Positions 1 through 10,477 of a DNA stretch of 31,754 bases are shown here, piece by piece. The translations under genes and the position numbers were made by a program. Within the stretch, counting starts at the first letter, position 1, and each line of letters begins with the position of its first letter. The stretch is from Chthoniobacteraceae bacterium (GTDB taxonomy: Bacteria > Verrucomicrobiota > Verrucomicrobiia > Chthoniobacterales > Chthoniobacteraceae), in the NCBI GenBank assembly GCA_031409335.1, contig JANNWY010000015.1, positions 1-31,754 of the forward strand. Reading direction: 5' to 3'. The notes under the pieces were generated by a model. That model ran no database searches. It was not told where the DNA came from and saw only the letters and a list, made by a program, of their open reading frames with translations.

Positions 1-80
1 GCTCCTGCGGCGAGCGGGCGAGGCGGCGGGAGATTTCACGCCCGCCACTTATCCCGCTCGCCGCTGGAGCGGCAAGCCAC
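1..80. repeat. REP/REPIN-like inverted repeat (left end cut by window edge)
   Basis: GCTCCTGCGGCGAGCGGG (1-18) pairs with CCCGCTCGCCGCTGGAGC (53-70) with 1 mismatch. The minus strand from 80 reads GTGG followed by the palindrome CTTGCCGC-TCCA-GCGGCGAG, the usual REP layout. Confidence 0.55.
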
Positions 81-144
81 GGTGCGGATTCCCTCCGCGA
101 GTTATTCCTTTCCGCCATTCTCTCCGCTCCGCTAAAACCCACGG

Positions 145-849
145 ATGATCTCCGTCGTCATCCCGCTCTACAACGAGCAGGACAATATCGCGCCCCTGCA
201 AAACGAACTCGCTGCCGCGCTCGCGGGGATCGACTACGAGATCATCCTCATCGACGACTGCTCTTCGGATGACACGGTGAAAAATATCGCGCGTCGGCCC
301 GAAGTGCGCGTGATCGAGTTCGCAAAAAACACTGGCCAGAGCGCCGCGATGTATGCCGGGATTTACGCGGCGAAAGGCGACGTGATCGTGCTGCTCGATG
401 GCGACCGGCAGAATGATCCTGCCGACATTCCCAAGCTGCTCGCCGAAATCGAAAACGGCGCGGACCTCGTCTGCGGCTACCGCGCGAATCGCAAGGACAC
501 GACTTTCAAACGCGTGCAAAGCCGCATCGCGAACTTCGTGCGCAGCCGCTTTACCGGCGACGGCGTGCGCGACACTGGCTGCACTTTGAAGGCGATGCGG
601 CGCGATTGCCGCGAGGCGCTCGTGCCATTTTACGGGATGCACCGCTTCATTCCCGCACTCATCAAAGGCATGGGCTACACGCTCGCCGAAGTGCCCACGC
701 ATCACCGCCCGCGCACGGCCGGGGTGAGCAAATACGGCTTCGGCAATCGCGCGTGGAAAGCGACGTGCGACATGTTTGCGGTGAAGTGGCTGCTCTCGCG
801 GCAGGTGCGGATTCGTATCAAGGGGAATGCGATCGGAGTGTTTGAATGA
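145..849 (+). CDS. Glycosyltransferase family 2 (DPM1/ArnC-like polyprenol-phosphate glycosyltransferase)
   Basis: Motifs SVVIPLYNE, IDDCSSDDT, N.GQSAA, LDGDRQNDP.DI, DTGC.LK, MHRFIP and R..G.SKY. Confidence 0.93.
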   Translation: MISVVIPLYNEQDNIAPLQNELAAALAGIDYEIILIDDCSSDDTVKNIARRPEVRVIEFAKNTGQSAAMYAGIYAAKGDVIVLLDGDRQNDPADIPKLLAEIENGADLVCGYRANRKDTTFKRVQSRIANFVRSRFTGDGVRDTGCTLKAMRRDCREALVPFYGMHRFIPALIKGMGYTLAEVPTHHRPRTAGVSKYGFGNRAWKATCDMFAVKWLLSRQVRIRIKGNAIGVFE

Positions 850-1184
850 GCGCGCTCAAGACCCGGCTCTTCGCCGCAGTGCTCGCGTTTTTTGGCCTGT
901 CGAATTGGGCCGAAACCAAGCTCGATCCGAACTGGCACTGGAGCGACATCCAGACGCAACCCTTCAAGGAATGGGTGAAACAAGTGCTCGCGCAATTGCC
1001 GGTAAAACTCGCGAACGGATTGCAGGTGCCGGTGAAATTCGCCGTCGAAAAACTCTCGACCGATGACACGCCGTGGTACGTGCGCATCCCCGCAAAAACG
1101 GTCGGCTCCGCCGTGCTCTACGCTCTGCTGCTGCGCTTCATCTTCTGGCGGCTGCGCGCACGGTTCGGCCAGGCGCGAGCGTAA
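846..1184 (+). CDS. Small hypothetical membrane protein
   Basis: ATGA overlap with the GT2 stop; hydrophobic N- and C-terminal segments. Confidence 0.65.
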   Translation: MSALKTRLFAAVLAFFGLSNWAETKLDPNWHWSDIQTQPFKEWVKQVLAQLPVKLANGLQVPVKFAVEKLSTDDTPWYVRIPAKTVGSAVLYALLLRFIFWRLRARFGQARA

Positions 1185-1257
1185 ATCGGGGAGGCATTGC
1201 CTTTCCCTCCGTTCCAGAACCGCTCTCGCAAAACGCCGACGGCCTGACGAGGGTCCG

Positions 1258-3096
1258 CTAGTCGAGTTGATGCCCGGAGCTGTCCCGGACGGCACTTACG
1301 TCCGCCGCGTCCACCAAGCCGTTCAGGTCCAGGTCGGTTCGGAAATTCGTCGCGTCGATCGTCCCGGACGCTGCGACTGAACGAACGAGATTCACGTCGG
1401 AAATGTTCACCACGCGCGTGGAATTCACGTCGCCGTGCAGGATCGCGACTGGCACCGAGACTACTCCCAAGACTCCGCCAATCGAATCTGTAATTGCGGA
1501 CAGGTTTACGACGAGCGTTTGCACGTCGGCCACGTTGCCGACGTCCAGAAACATCTGATTCCCGGCGAAAACCGGCGCGCTGGCGATCGTCCCGGCACCG
1601 CTCGCAATCGCCGCGGTGCCGGCCGAAAGTTCGCGATCAAAGGTGAACACGAGTGTGAGCGAACTAGCCGCCCGTGACTCGATGCCGGTCGATCCAGCCG
1701 GTAGCAGATCGACGTCGAAAGTCCCCGCAGCGCCGTGAATCTTGCGTGAGACGGCGGCGAGAAGATGAGGCGGCGGTGCGAGTGGGCTCACCTCGACGAC
1801 GCGGAAATCGCCAGTCGTCCCGATCGCGAGTGCCGAGTCCGCGGGATCGCGGTCGTTGCTCGGACCGGGCGACAATCCGACCACCCTGGCACCGATCACC
1901 ACGCTCCCGATTTCCTCCGCGACGAAGCCAAAATGATCGCTCGGGGAACCCATGGTGCCGCGTGCGATGCCGCCTATCTTGATCGCGGCGATACTCGCGA
2001 TGATCGCACCAAAATGCGGGAACCGGATCACATCGTCCACCGTCCCAAACGACCCATCCAAACCGGCAAGCGCCCCCGCGATGGCACTGCTCGCGAGCCA
2101 GTTTCCACCGACCACGATCCGGCCGATTTGCGCATCGCCATTGCTGGCCGATCCAGCCGAGTCATAGCCTGCCAGGATCTTCGCAAACGTAACACTGCCC
2201 GCAACCGATAGGCGGCCAATGGCGGTCGCATCATCATCCGCGGCAGACGGCGGGATGCCGCCGGCGGTTAGCGATACCGGATTCGCGGCGCTGCCGAGCA
2301 GGCTGCCGTGGATCACGGCGGATTCGATCTTTTCACCCGCACGAATGCTCCCACTTTGCGCACCCGTGCCGCTTTCGATGGAACCTCCGACAAGCAGTGA
2401 GACCAATTCCCTTTCGCTCGCGATCGAGCCGGACCGCAGACCGGCGGCTCCGATGATGTCATTCCCGATTTCGATCGCCGTGATCCCGCCGGAACTGCGA
2501 ATCGTCCCGCTATCATCGCCATCGCCGCCGCGCAGTGAGCCAAGGATGACGATGCTGCCGATGGATCCGCCCGTTACCGAAAGCGACGCATCTTTCATCG
2601 CGCCATGGATGCGGAATGCGCCCACGTCGCCCGCAATCTCACTGGCCAATCCGGCATCATCGGCGGCCTGCGTGAGCACGCCGAAACGCCCGAGCGAACG
2701 GACCCTCACGAAATCGACGCCCGCGGTGGCGAAGTTTGAATCGCCCGCTTCGATTCGACCCAAGTCGCCTGACACGCGGACGATTCCAAGATCGACCCCC
2801 GCGGCGGAGATGCTGCCGACATTGGCGATGCCATCGCCAAGCCTCCTCGTGACGGTGATCGTGAGATTGGCATCTGAGAATTCGGCGGCGTCTCCGCGGA
2901 GAGAAATCGCCTGAAGTTGCTCACCCCGACCCGCCGTCGCGAAGGTGAAGTTTTGTTGGAGATCGAGTTGGCCCTTGGAAAATTTCACACTCACGATGTC
3001 GCCATCCACATCAGTGTATCGCACCTCCGTCGGACTCAGCAGGAACGCGGGCGCGATTCGCGCCTCAAGCGGTTCGATCAAACGGGAGGATTCCAT
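1258..3096 (-). CDS. Secreted/surface Gly-Ser-rich protein with N-terminal LEPR-XLL-type motif and C-terminal dockerin-like domain
   Basis: N-terminal IEPLEARIAPA motif; repeated Gly-rich beta segments (e.g. GDLGRIEAG); C-terminal SRKIHGAAGTFDVDL module followed by two EF-hand-like loops (GDVNSTRVVNISDV, DLDLNGLVDAADV). Confidence 0.75.
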   Translation of the reverse strand: MESSRLIEPLEARIAPAFLLSPTEVRYTDVDGDIVSVKFSKGQLDLQQNFTFATAGRGEQLQAISLRGDAAEFSDANLTITVTRRLGDGIANVGSISAAGVDLGIVRVSGDLGRIEAGDSNFATAGVDFVRVRSLGRFGVLTQAADDAGLASEIAGDVGAFRIHGAMKDASLSVTGGSIGSIVILGSLRGGDGDDSGTIRSSGGITAIEIGNDIIGAAGLRSGSIASERELVSLLVGGSIESGTGAQSGSIRAGEKIESAVIHGSLLGSAANPVSLTAGGIPPSAADDDATAIGRLSVAGSVTFAKILAGYDSAGSASNGDAQIGRIVVGGNWLASSAIAGALAGLDGSFGTVDDVIRFPHFGAIIASIAAIKIGGIARGTMGSPSDHFGFVAEEIGSVVIGARVVGLSPGPSNDRDPADSALAIGTTGDFRVVEVSPLAPPPHLLAAVSRKIHGAAGTFDVDLLPAGSTGIESRAASSLTLVFTFDRELSAGTAAIASGAGTIASAPVFAGNQMFLDVGNVADVQTLVVNLSAITDSIGGVLGVVSVPVAILHGDVNSTRVVNISDVNLVRSVAASGTIDATNFRTDLDLNGLVDAADVSAVRDSSGHQLD

Positions 3097-3323
3097 GTGA
3101 GCAAGGTTTTACTCCGTGATTTCCGAAGGCCGCGAACGCCAGCGGCGGATACGGACAGCCCGCGAGTTTTCCAGGGTCATAGCGCAAAGACTTTCGCAGC
3201 AGGCAAAGTGAATGCAAATGAGGCTCGTCTGAAATCGCAACCAGTTCGACATGTGCCCGCCAGAGTTCTGCGAATCAGCCTTCCGAATTGCCATTGGAGA
3301 TTCTCCCACTAAGATGTGCCCAC

Positions 3324-3848
3324 ATGAAATTGGTGCGCTGGACGCGCTTTACCTGGGACCTGACAACGCTTCCGCCGCTCGCGGTCGCGCTCGACCGGCG
3401 CTACACCCTGTGCGCGGCCGCGCGGGAGGAAGAGTCATCCGTCATCGCGCTGGTTCACCGCGCGTTTTCGATGGATAGCGCGTGGTTCGATCAATACGTC
3501 GTTTTTCGCGACCGGCTCCAACTCCAGACGCACCAATCCTTCGAGCGCGAGTCCGTGCCTGCGGTCGTCGTCATGCACGGCACACGCATCGTCGCCGTGT
3601 CCGTGCTGAGTTCGGAAATCACCGCCGAGACGCACCTACTATCGGGTCCGTGCGTGCTGCCGGAGTATTGCAATCGCGGCCTCGGCTCGGCGCTGCTCCA
3701 CGAGTCGCTGGTGCAGCTCGCGCACCACGGCCTTTCCATCGCGCATGGCGTTTCAAAAGAGAACACGCTCGCGAGCCGTTTTGTGTATTCAAAGTTCGGC
3801 TCGACTCGCGCCGACTGCGAAATACAAACGCCGCCGGTCACTTCCTGA
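3324..3848 (+). CDS. GNAT family N-acetyltransferase
   Basis: Acetyl-CoA-binding motif A VLPEYCNRGLGSALL and C-terminal N..A...YSKFG. The ATG at 3324 is preferred over the TTG at 3288. Confidence 0.8.
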   Translation: MKLVRWTRFTWDLTTLPPLAVALDRRYTLCAAAREEESSVIALVHRAFSMDSAWFDQYVVFRDRLQLQTHQSFERESVPAVVVMHGTRIVAVSVLSSEITAETHLLSGPCVLPEYCNRGLGSALLHESLVQLAHHGLSIAHGVSKENTLASRFVYSKFGSTRADCEIQTPPVTS

Positions 3849-3869
3849 CCGGATACATAGGGCTACATC

Positions 3870-5324
3870 ATGGGAAACTTCTTCACGAACTACGAAGCGG
3901 GCGACTTCTACGATGAGATGTTCAGCGCGCCCGGAGTCGTGCGGCCGCACTACGCAAAGCTGCTCAAGCGCTTTCAGGAAATGGGTGACGGCGAATTTGA
4001 GCGCAAGCAGATGCTCGCTTCGCAGACGTTCCTGAACCAAGGCGTCACCTTCACCGTCTATAACGACAATCAAGGCACCGAGCGCATCTTCCCGTTCGAT
4101 CTCATCCCGCGCATCATCCCGCGCCACGAGTGGGATCACGTCGTCGCTGGCCTCACGCAGCGCATCACGGCGCTGAATCTTTTCCTGCACGACATCTATC
4201 ACGAGCAGCGGATCGTGAAGGAGGGCATCATCCCGGAAGAAGTCATCAAAAGCGCGAAGCATTTCCGGCCGGAGTTCATGGGCTTCGACGTGCCGAAGGA
4301 CATCTACATCCACATTTGCGGCAGCGATCTCATCCGCGATCGCGATGGAAATTACCTCGTCCTCGAAGACAACGGGCGCTGCCCGAGCGGCGTCAGCTAC
4401 GTGCTGGAAAATCGCGAAGTGATGAAGCGCGTTTTCCCGAAACTCTTCGCGCGCCACAAAGTCCGCCCGGTCGGAAATTACGGCCAGGATTTGCTGAATC
4501 TCCTGCGCTTCGTCGCGCCCGCGAATTGCCCGCATCCCGACGATCCCACCATCGTCCTGCTCACGCCCGGCATCTTCAATTCCGCGTACTTCGAGCACTC
4601 CTTTCTCGCGCGGCTCATGGGCATCGAAATCGTCGTTGGCCAGGATCTCGTGGTGCAAAACGACATCGTTTGGATGAAGACCACCAAGGGTTTGAAACGC
4701 GTGGACGTCATCTACCGCCGCATCGACGACGACTTCCTCGACCCTACGGTTTTCCGAAAGGATTCCGTGCTCGGCGTCCCCGGCATCATCGGCTCGTATC
4801 GCGCCGGAAATGTGAACCTCGCCAACGCCGTCGGCACCGGCATCGCCGACGACAAAGTGACGTATTACTTCGTGCCGAAGATGATCAAATTTTACATGGA
4901 TCAGGAGCCGATCCTCCAGAACGTGCCGACCTATCTGACGATGTTCGACGAGGACCGAAAGTACGCGCTGGAAAACATCGAGAAACTCGTCATCAAAAGC
5001 GCCAACGAAAGCGGTGGCTACGGCATGCTCATCGGCCCGCACGCGACAAAGGAAGAGCACGAGAAATTCCGCCAGGCCATCAAAGCCGATCCGCGCAACT
5101 ACGTCGCCCAGCCCGTCGTGAATCTTTCGCGCAGCCCAAGCTACTGCCAGGGCGCGATCGAAGGCCGCCACATCGACCTGCGTCCCTACATTCTTTACGG
5201 CGAAAAAATTTCGATCATCCCCGGCGGCCTCACCCGCGTCGCGCTCCGCAAAGGTTCGCTCGTCGTGAATTCGTCGCAAGGCGGCGGCAGCAAGGACTCG
5301 TGGGTCGTGGACGACGAAGTCTGA
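3870..5324 (+). CDS. Circularly permuted type 2 ATP-grasp protein
   Basis: Motifs [53 protein letters not shown] and [25 protein letters not shown]. Confidence 0.95.
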   Translation: MGNFFTNYEAGDFYDEMFSAPGVVRPHYAKLLKRFQEMGDGEFERKQMLASQTFLNQGVTFTVYNDNQGTERIFPFDLIPRIIPRHEWDHVVAGLTQRITALNLFLHDIYHEQRIVKEGIIPEEVIKSAKHFRPEFMGFDVPKDIYIHICGSDLIRDRDGNYLVLEDNGRCPSGVSYVLENREVMKRVFPKLFARHKVRPVGNYGQDLLNLLRFVAPANCPHPDDPTIVLLTPGIFNSAYFEHSFLARLMGIEIVVGQDLVVQNDIVWMKTTKGLKRVDVIYRRIDDDFLDPTVFRKDSVLGVPGIIGSYRAGNVNLANAVGTGIADDKVTYYFVPKMIKFYMDQEPILQNVPTYLTMFDEDRKYALENIEKLVIKSANESGGYGMLIGPHATKEEHEKFRQAIKADPRNYVAQPVVNLSRSPSYCQGAIEGRHIDLRPYILYGEKISIIPGGLTRVALRKGSLVVNSSQGGGSKDSWVVDDEV

Positions 5325-5336
5325 AAGGAATTGGCC

Positions 5337-5401
5337 GCGAAAAGGCGCAGAGGGCGCGAGGCAACTGCTTGATCGCATTTGTGCTTTTTGCGCCTTTTCG
5401 C
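5337..5401 (+). repeat. Intergenic REP-like long hairpin
   Basis: GCGAAAAGGCGCA (5337-5349) and TGCGCCTTTTCGC (5389-5401) pair perfectly. A further 11 pairs (5350-5360 / 5378-5388) include six G-T(U) pairs. Confidence 0.6.
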
Positions 5402-5429
5402 CGCCGTCTTGCTCGCTAACTCTGCGCCG

Positions 5430-6875
5430 ATGGCCCGCATCGCTCAGTCCTTCCTTCTCGTCGCCCTGATCGGTGGCGCGTGGTGGCTCGGCGCACGCAC
5501 TCCGCACGCGCAGATCTGCGTGCTGGCGGTCTGCGGTGTCGCGCTGCTCGCCGCCGCGATCGGGACAAGTCTCGATCGCATTCCCTCCACCAGCCTCACC
5601 CGCCCCGCGATCGTGGCAGTCGTGCTCATGCTCCTCTTTCTCGCGATCCAGACGTTCCGAATCGGGAATCCCTCATTCGTCGTGCAAATGACCGGCGACA
5701 CCTGGCGCTTGATTCCGCTGCCTCACACGTCGTGGCTGCCAGCGGGCTTCGATGCACCCTTCGACGGACTCTCCGAGGGCAAACCCGCCTTCACCAATCC
5801 GCTCCGGCATTTGATCATCTTCGGCGCCGCATTCAGCGCCACCGTTGCCGCATTCCTCATCGCGAAGCGCGACACCGTCCGGCGCGTGATGCTGTGGACA
5901 TTCGTCGTTCAAGCGGCGTGCTTCTCCATCGTTTCCATCGTCCACCGCCTCACCGGCGCGCGCGAAATCCTGTGGTTTTACACCGACTCGGAATTCTGGA
6001 TGGGCTCGCCGATTTTCCCGTACAAGAACACCGCCGCCGCCTATCAAGTGCTGCTCATCGGGAGCTGCCTCGCCGCGTTTCGCTCCGTGCGCGAGCGTGC
6101 GGAAAAAACGCCCGCGCTGCTCTGGCTCGTCGGGATCACCGCCGGTCTGGCGTTCGTCGCGTTGCTGCTGCTCGACTGCCGCGCCGGCGTCATCATGGGT
6201 TTCCTGCTCGCGCTCCTTTTCGTGAAAAAGGAATGGTTCACGCGCGGCGGCCACAGCGCCCCGATCCCGCGCCGCTCGCTCGCCGTCGTCGGCATCGCGC
6301 TGCTCGTCGTCTGCGGCGGCAGCGCGCTCGCGCTCGGTGGTTTCGGAAAAACGCTCAAACGTTTCGACTCCGAACTACGCAATCCGATCACGCTTCTCCG
6401 CGGCGGAAAACCGCGCATTCAGAAACAAAAAATCGCGATCGAGATGGTGAAGGACCAGCTCTGGTTTGGCTGGGGCGGCGGCGCGTATCTCCCGCTCTTT
6501 CTCACCTATCACCCGCAAAATCCCGACTTCCTCCGCGCCCTCCGCGAAGAGCAACCCACGGCCAGCCGCATCCATCAGACCAGCGCCGACGGCGACTGGT
6601 GGGAATTCCCCGTCGAATACGGCCTCGTCGGCACCGCGCTCCTGGCGGCGACCATGCTCATGGGAATCATCATGTGGCGCCGCGTCGATGGCCTGCGATG
6701 CACCACGTCGCTCTATCTCATCGCCGCCGCCGTGCTCGTCACCCTGCACGGCATCATCGACCAAATCCTCCGCGACGAAATCACCCTCGCCACGCTCGGC
6801 GTCACCTTCGCCCTCGCCATCCGCACTGCCCAGGCGCGGCACTCCGCCACCGCGCCACGCCGCCGCTCTATTTGA
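5430..6875 (+). CDS. O-antigen ligase (Wzy_C/WaaL-like) family membrane protein
   Basis: Many transmembrane helices; F.YKNTAA, CRAG, R..K..IA.EM.KD..WFGWGGG and EYGLVG motifs. The ATG at 5430 is preferred. Confidence 0.7.
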   Translation: MARIAQSFLLVALIGGAWWLGARTPHAQICVLAVCGVALLAAAIGTSLDRIPSTSLTRPAIVAVVLMLLFLAIQTFRIGNPSFVVQMTGDTWRLIPLPHTSWLPAGFDAPFDGLSEGKPAFTNPLRHLIIFGAAFSATVAAFLIAKRDTVRRVMLWTFVVQAACFSIVSIVHRLTGAREILWFYTDSEFWMGSPIFPYKNTAAAYQVLLIGSCLAAFRSVRERAEKTPALLWLVGITAGLAFVALLLLDCRAGVIMGFLLALLFVKKEWFTRGGHSAPIPRRSLAVVGIALLVVCGGSALALGGFGKTLKRFDSELRNPITLLRGGKPRIQKQKIAIEMVKDQLWFGWGGGAYLPLFLTYHPQNPDFLRALREEQPTASRIHQTSADGDWWEFPVEYGLVGTALLAATMLMGIIMWRRVDGLRCTTSLYLIAAAVLVTLHGIIDQILRDEITLATLGVTFALAIRTAQARHSATAPRRRSI

Positions 6876-8253
6876 AGAGCGGCATCAGCCGGTCCAGCGT
6901 GCCTTTGATGACATCGCGGCCGGTGTCGATCGCGCCCTTCACGGTGCTCTCGACCTTCTCGATCACTGCGCCTTTCGCCGCCGCGATCAGGCGTGGGGAA
7001 AGATCCTCGCCGGGGCTGTCGAGCGGGCCTTGCAGGTGCATCGGCGTCCACACATAGCCGCCGCGCGTCTCGGTGAAAACGCGCTCCTGCGCTCCGGGAA
7101 CGAGCGCGAGACTCGACGCCGCGACGCCGACTTGAAACACGCCGTCGATGTTTCCCTTCACGATCGTGAACGCGCCTTCGACACGCAACAGCCCGGCGGA
7201 TTCCATCACGAAATTCGTCGCGCGCAGCGTCCCATTTTCCTGCCGGAAATCCGCGGATGCCTTGTTCAGCGTGAGGCGGCGGTAGCGCTGGAGCATGGTG
7301 AAATCGGCGATCTCATTGAGCACGGGCAGGGCTTCGATCTGGCCGGAGTCCAGTTGCAGCGAACCGGATACCACTGGCGGATTCGCGGTGGGCAGCGCGC
7401 TTTGCACGCGGATTTTGCCGGCGAGTTTTCCGTGCAGTCGCAGCCGCCAGTCTTCATTGAGAAATGGCGCGATATCGATGTCCGCGAGCCTGGCGTGGAG
7501 GTCGATCTGTTCGCCGAAACGCACTTCGCCCTCCGCAGTCAGCGAACCCGTCGCGCCCTGCCGAAACTCCGCGTTTTGCAAAAACAACGACGGCGCGCGA
7601 TACACCAGCCGCATCGAGAGGGCATCGACTCCCGGCAATTTGCCGTGCTCGATCCGGCCGCCGCTGCCGACGATTTCCCACGCGCCATCCTTCTGATTCG
7701 CGACCACATTCACGCGCCGCAATGAACCGGCAGCCCAAGCGAGATTCACCTCGCGCACCGAGGCGCTCGCGATCTCCACGCGATTCGGCAGCCAGCCGCT
7801 GCCGATCGCGGGGATGCGGGCGTGCGAACCCGCCGGCGTTTCCGGTAGCGTGATCCGGCTGCCATCGAGATGCACCTCCACGCGCTGCGCCTCCACGCGA
7901 TCCACCTGCCAGACCCGTTCGCGCCAGCGCCGCAGACTCAGGTCCGCGCGGATTTGATCGATCGCGAAAGTCGAAAACGCCGCCGCCTCGCTGCCGCGCG
8001 CCTTGAAGCCATCGGAGTAAATATTCATCCCCGTGAAATGCAGCGGCGCGAACTCGCCCTCCGCCTTCAAAGTCCGCGCCGTCGCGCTGCTCACGAAGCG
8101 GCGAAATTCCTCGCTGCGCAAATACGAATCCACCCACGCGCGCGCCGCGAAAAATCCGCCGAACAGCAACACCGGCAGCGCCGCGAGCGCCCAGAGCGCG
8201 CCGCGTTTCCACACGGCCGCGCCGCTTTGTCGTTGGCGTCGTGAGCTGCTCAT
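6868..8253 (-). CDS. AsmA-like outer-envelope protein
   Basis: N-terminal TM anchor followed by a long beta-rich region and a C-terminal W.P.HL.G....P.EDLSPRL motif. The ATG at 8253 is preferred; the ORF is open to 8334. Confidence 0.6.
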   Translation of the reverse strand: MSSSRRQRQSGAAVWKRGALWALAALPVLLFGGFFAARAWVDSYLRSEEFRRFVSSATARTLKAEGEFAPLHFTGMNIYSDGFKARGSEAAAFSTFAIDQIRADLSLRRWRERVWQVDRVEAQRVEVHLDGSRITLPETPAGSHARIPAIGSGWLPNRVEIASASVREVNLAWAAGSLRRVNVVANQKDGAWEIVGSGGRIEHGKLPGVDALSMRLVYRAPSLFLQNAEFRQGATGSLTAEGEVRFGEQIDLHARLADIDIAPFLNEDWRLRLHGKLAGKIRVQSALPTANPPVVSGSLQLDSGQIEALPVLNEIADFTMLQRYRRLTLNKASADFRQENGTLRATNFVMESAGLLRVEGAFTIVKGNIDGVFQVGVAASSLALVPGAQERVFTETRGGYVWTPMHLQGPLDSPGEDLSPRLIAAAKGAVIEKVESTVKGAIDTGRDVIKGTLDRLMPLFK

Positions 8254-8345
8254 TTCGCTGCGGAGCTTCCGACGCCGTGCCACCGCGTGCAAGCGCGCGA
8301 CTTCACTGCTGACAAACTTTCCCGGCGCGGACATCCTCCCGCCTC

Positions 8346-10040
8346 GTGCTCGAACTCAAAGACGTTTCCCTCCAAGCCGGGTCCGCGCCGGACACGGTCG
8401 ATCTCCTCGTGGAAATCGGCGCGCGTTTTCCGCGGCGACATTTCGCCGCGATCCTCGGCCCGTCGGGTTGCGGAAAAAGCACGCTGCTGAAAGCGATCGC
8501 CGGCCTGCGCGAACCCACGGGCGGCAAGATCGAGTGGGACGGCATCGACCTCGCCGTCGAAGACATGGACCCGCACGAAATCGGCTACGTGCCGCAATTC
8601 AGCATCGCGTACGAGCTGCTCACCGTTTGGGAAAACGTGGAAGCCGCGCAGCGCCTGCGCGTCTCGGGCCTCGACGCCGCAGCCGCCGATGCGCACGTCG
8701 AAAAAATCCTGCGGGATGTCGGGCTCGACGATATCGCCGACCGCCGCGTCGCGCTGCTTTCCGGCGGACAAAAGCGCCGCCTCGCGCTCGCGCTCGAGAT
8801 GGTCAGCTCGCCGCATCTGCTGCTCTGCGACGAAGCTACCAGCGGCCTCGATCCAAAGGCGGAAGATGAGATTGTAAAACTCATGCACCGCCTCTCGCGC
8901 GCCGACGATCGCATCGTGCTCTCCGTCACGCACAGCCTCCGGCACCTCGCGCTTTACGACAGCGTCCTCGTCCTCTCCGAAGGCCACATCGCCTACCACG
9001 GCGCGGCGGACACGCTCTTCCACTACTTCGGAGTCGAGCAACCCGATGAACTTTTTCCGCGCCTCGCCATGCGCCCGCCCGAAGAGTGGCATCGCTCGTG
9101 GGGAAAATATCGCGGCGCGTACTATTCGACCGCGCAGCTCGATGCCATCGTCGAGGAACCAGCCGAGCGACCCGACCCCGCCGCCACGCCCTCCGCGCTG
9201 AAACAATTTGCCGTCCTACTCGGCCGGCGCTGGAAACTTTTCCTCCGCGACCGCACCGCCGTGCTGCTGCAACTCGCGCTGCTCATTGGCTTCCCCTGCC
9301 TCGTCGTCATCTTCGCGCTCGATGGCATCCCGCAGATCAAGACCCTCGCCACACCGCCCATCGGCAACCTCATCGAGCAGCTCAAAAGCGAGGCCGAACA
9401 ACTCTCCGAAATGGCGAAAACCGGCAGCCTCATCTCTGGCCTCGTCATGTTCCAAATCGTCCTCCTCGCGCTGATGGGCTCGAACAACTCCGCACGTGAA
9501 ATTGCCGCCGAGCGCCCCATTTTCGAGAAGGAAAAATTCGCCGGCTTGCGCCCCGGCGCGTACATCGCGTCGAAGACATTTTTCCTCGGCGCACTCGTCC
9601 TCGCGCAATCGCTCTGGATGGGCCTTTTTGTGAATACAATCGTCCATTTCCCCGGAAACCTCGGCCCGCAATTGCTCCTGCTCGTTCTCGTGAATGCCGC
9701 CGTCACCGCCATCTGCCTCGGCATTTCCAGCATCATGAAAAGCGCCGAGCAAGCGTCGCTCGTCGGCGTCTATCTCGTCGGCTTTCAGCTCCCGCTCAGC
9801 GGCGCCATCCTCGCGCTGCCGGAAATGCTTGGCTGGATCACGCGCCCGTTCATCGCGTCGTATTGGGGCTGGTCCGGCTTCATCAGCGCCATGCGCGATA
9901 CGCGCGCTTACGGAGCCGTGGGAAAAATCACGCAAACGAGCCTCTCCGACGTGCCCGTGTGCGTCTGGGTCCTCGCCTTTCACATCCTGCTCGGCCTGCT
10001 CGTCGCATACGCGGGGAGCAAGAGTAGTCGCTGGGAGTAA
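8346..10040 (+). CDS. Fused ABC transporter ATP-binding/permease (ABCG/ABC-2 type)
   Basis: Walker A GPSGCGKS, signature LSGGQ, Walker B LLLCDE, H-loop VTH; C-terminal TM domain with REIAAERPIFEKE. Confidence 0.92.
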   Translation: MLELKDVSLQAGSAPDTVDLLVEIGARFPRRHFAAILGPSGCGKSTLLKAIAGLREPTGGKIEWDGIDLAVEDMDPHEIGYVPQFSIAYELLTVWENVEAAQRLRVSGLDAAAADAHVEKILRDVGLDDIADRRVALLSGGQKRRLALALEMVSSPHLLLCDEATSGLDPKAEDEIVKLMHRLSRADDRIVLSVTHSLRHLALYDSVLVLSEGHIAYHGAADTLFHYFGVEQPDELFPRLAMRPPEEWHRSWGKYRGAYYSTAQLDAIVEEPAERPDPAATPSALKQFAVLLGRRWKLFLRDRTAVLLQLALLIGFPCLVVIFALDGIPQIKTLATPPIGNLIEQLKSEAEQLSEMAKTGSLISGLVMFQIVLLALMGSNNSAREIAAERPIFEKEKFAGLRPGAYIASKTFFLGALVLAQSLWMGLFVNTIVHFPGNLGPQLLLLVLVNAAVTAICLGISSIMKSAEQASLVGVYLVGFQLPLSGAILALPEMLGWITRPFIASYWGWSGFISAMRDTRAYGAVGKITQTSLSDVPVCVWVLAFHILLGLLVAYAGSKSSRWE

Positions 10041-10299
10041 CCACGCCTCGCGCGCAAGCGCAAAGCAGCGCCGCGACTCGCGGGACTGCAATCCGGCGAT
10101 GGAAGATACGATTCGTTTCTGCCTGCGTCGCCGCGCGTTTGGCCATCGCGACAGACCTTGCGGGAGGCAGCGTGAAAAAGATCGGTTTGCTCGCCACACC
10201 CTGCGCGTTCCCATTCACCGCCTGCGCCCGAGCCGTGCTCCAACGCGTCCCAAACCAGCGCGCCAGCACATTGCCCACCGCCAGCAGCCATTCTATAAA

Positions 10300-10476
10300 C
10301 CTAAATCCGGGACTGAAGATGACCGCGGATTGCGCGGATTGGCGCCGATTGAGAAATTTGCAAAGCGAAGATCGCGAGCGAGACGTTGACCCCAGCGGTG
10401 AGCGTCGCATTTGTCGCAAGTGCCTCTGAATCGGCGTCAATCCGCGCAATCCGCGGCTTCCAATCCCGGATTTAGG
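10300..10476. repeat. MITE/REP-like palindromic element A1
   Basis: 13-bp terminal inverted repeat CCTAAATCCGGGA (10300-10312 / 10464-10476); inner 28-bp inverted repeat (10323-10350 / 10429-10456, 1 mismatch) built from CGCGGATTG-like units; second copy at 31024-31162. Confidence 0.8.
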
Positions 10477-10477
10477 A

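Noticed and set aside
3789..5507. Long antisense ORFs (also 12017-13501, 17027-18727, 8250-9206 and others)
   Set aside because: They are shadows of well-supported genes on the opposite strand, common in high-GC DNA
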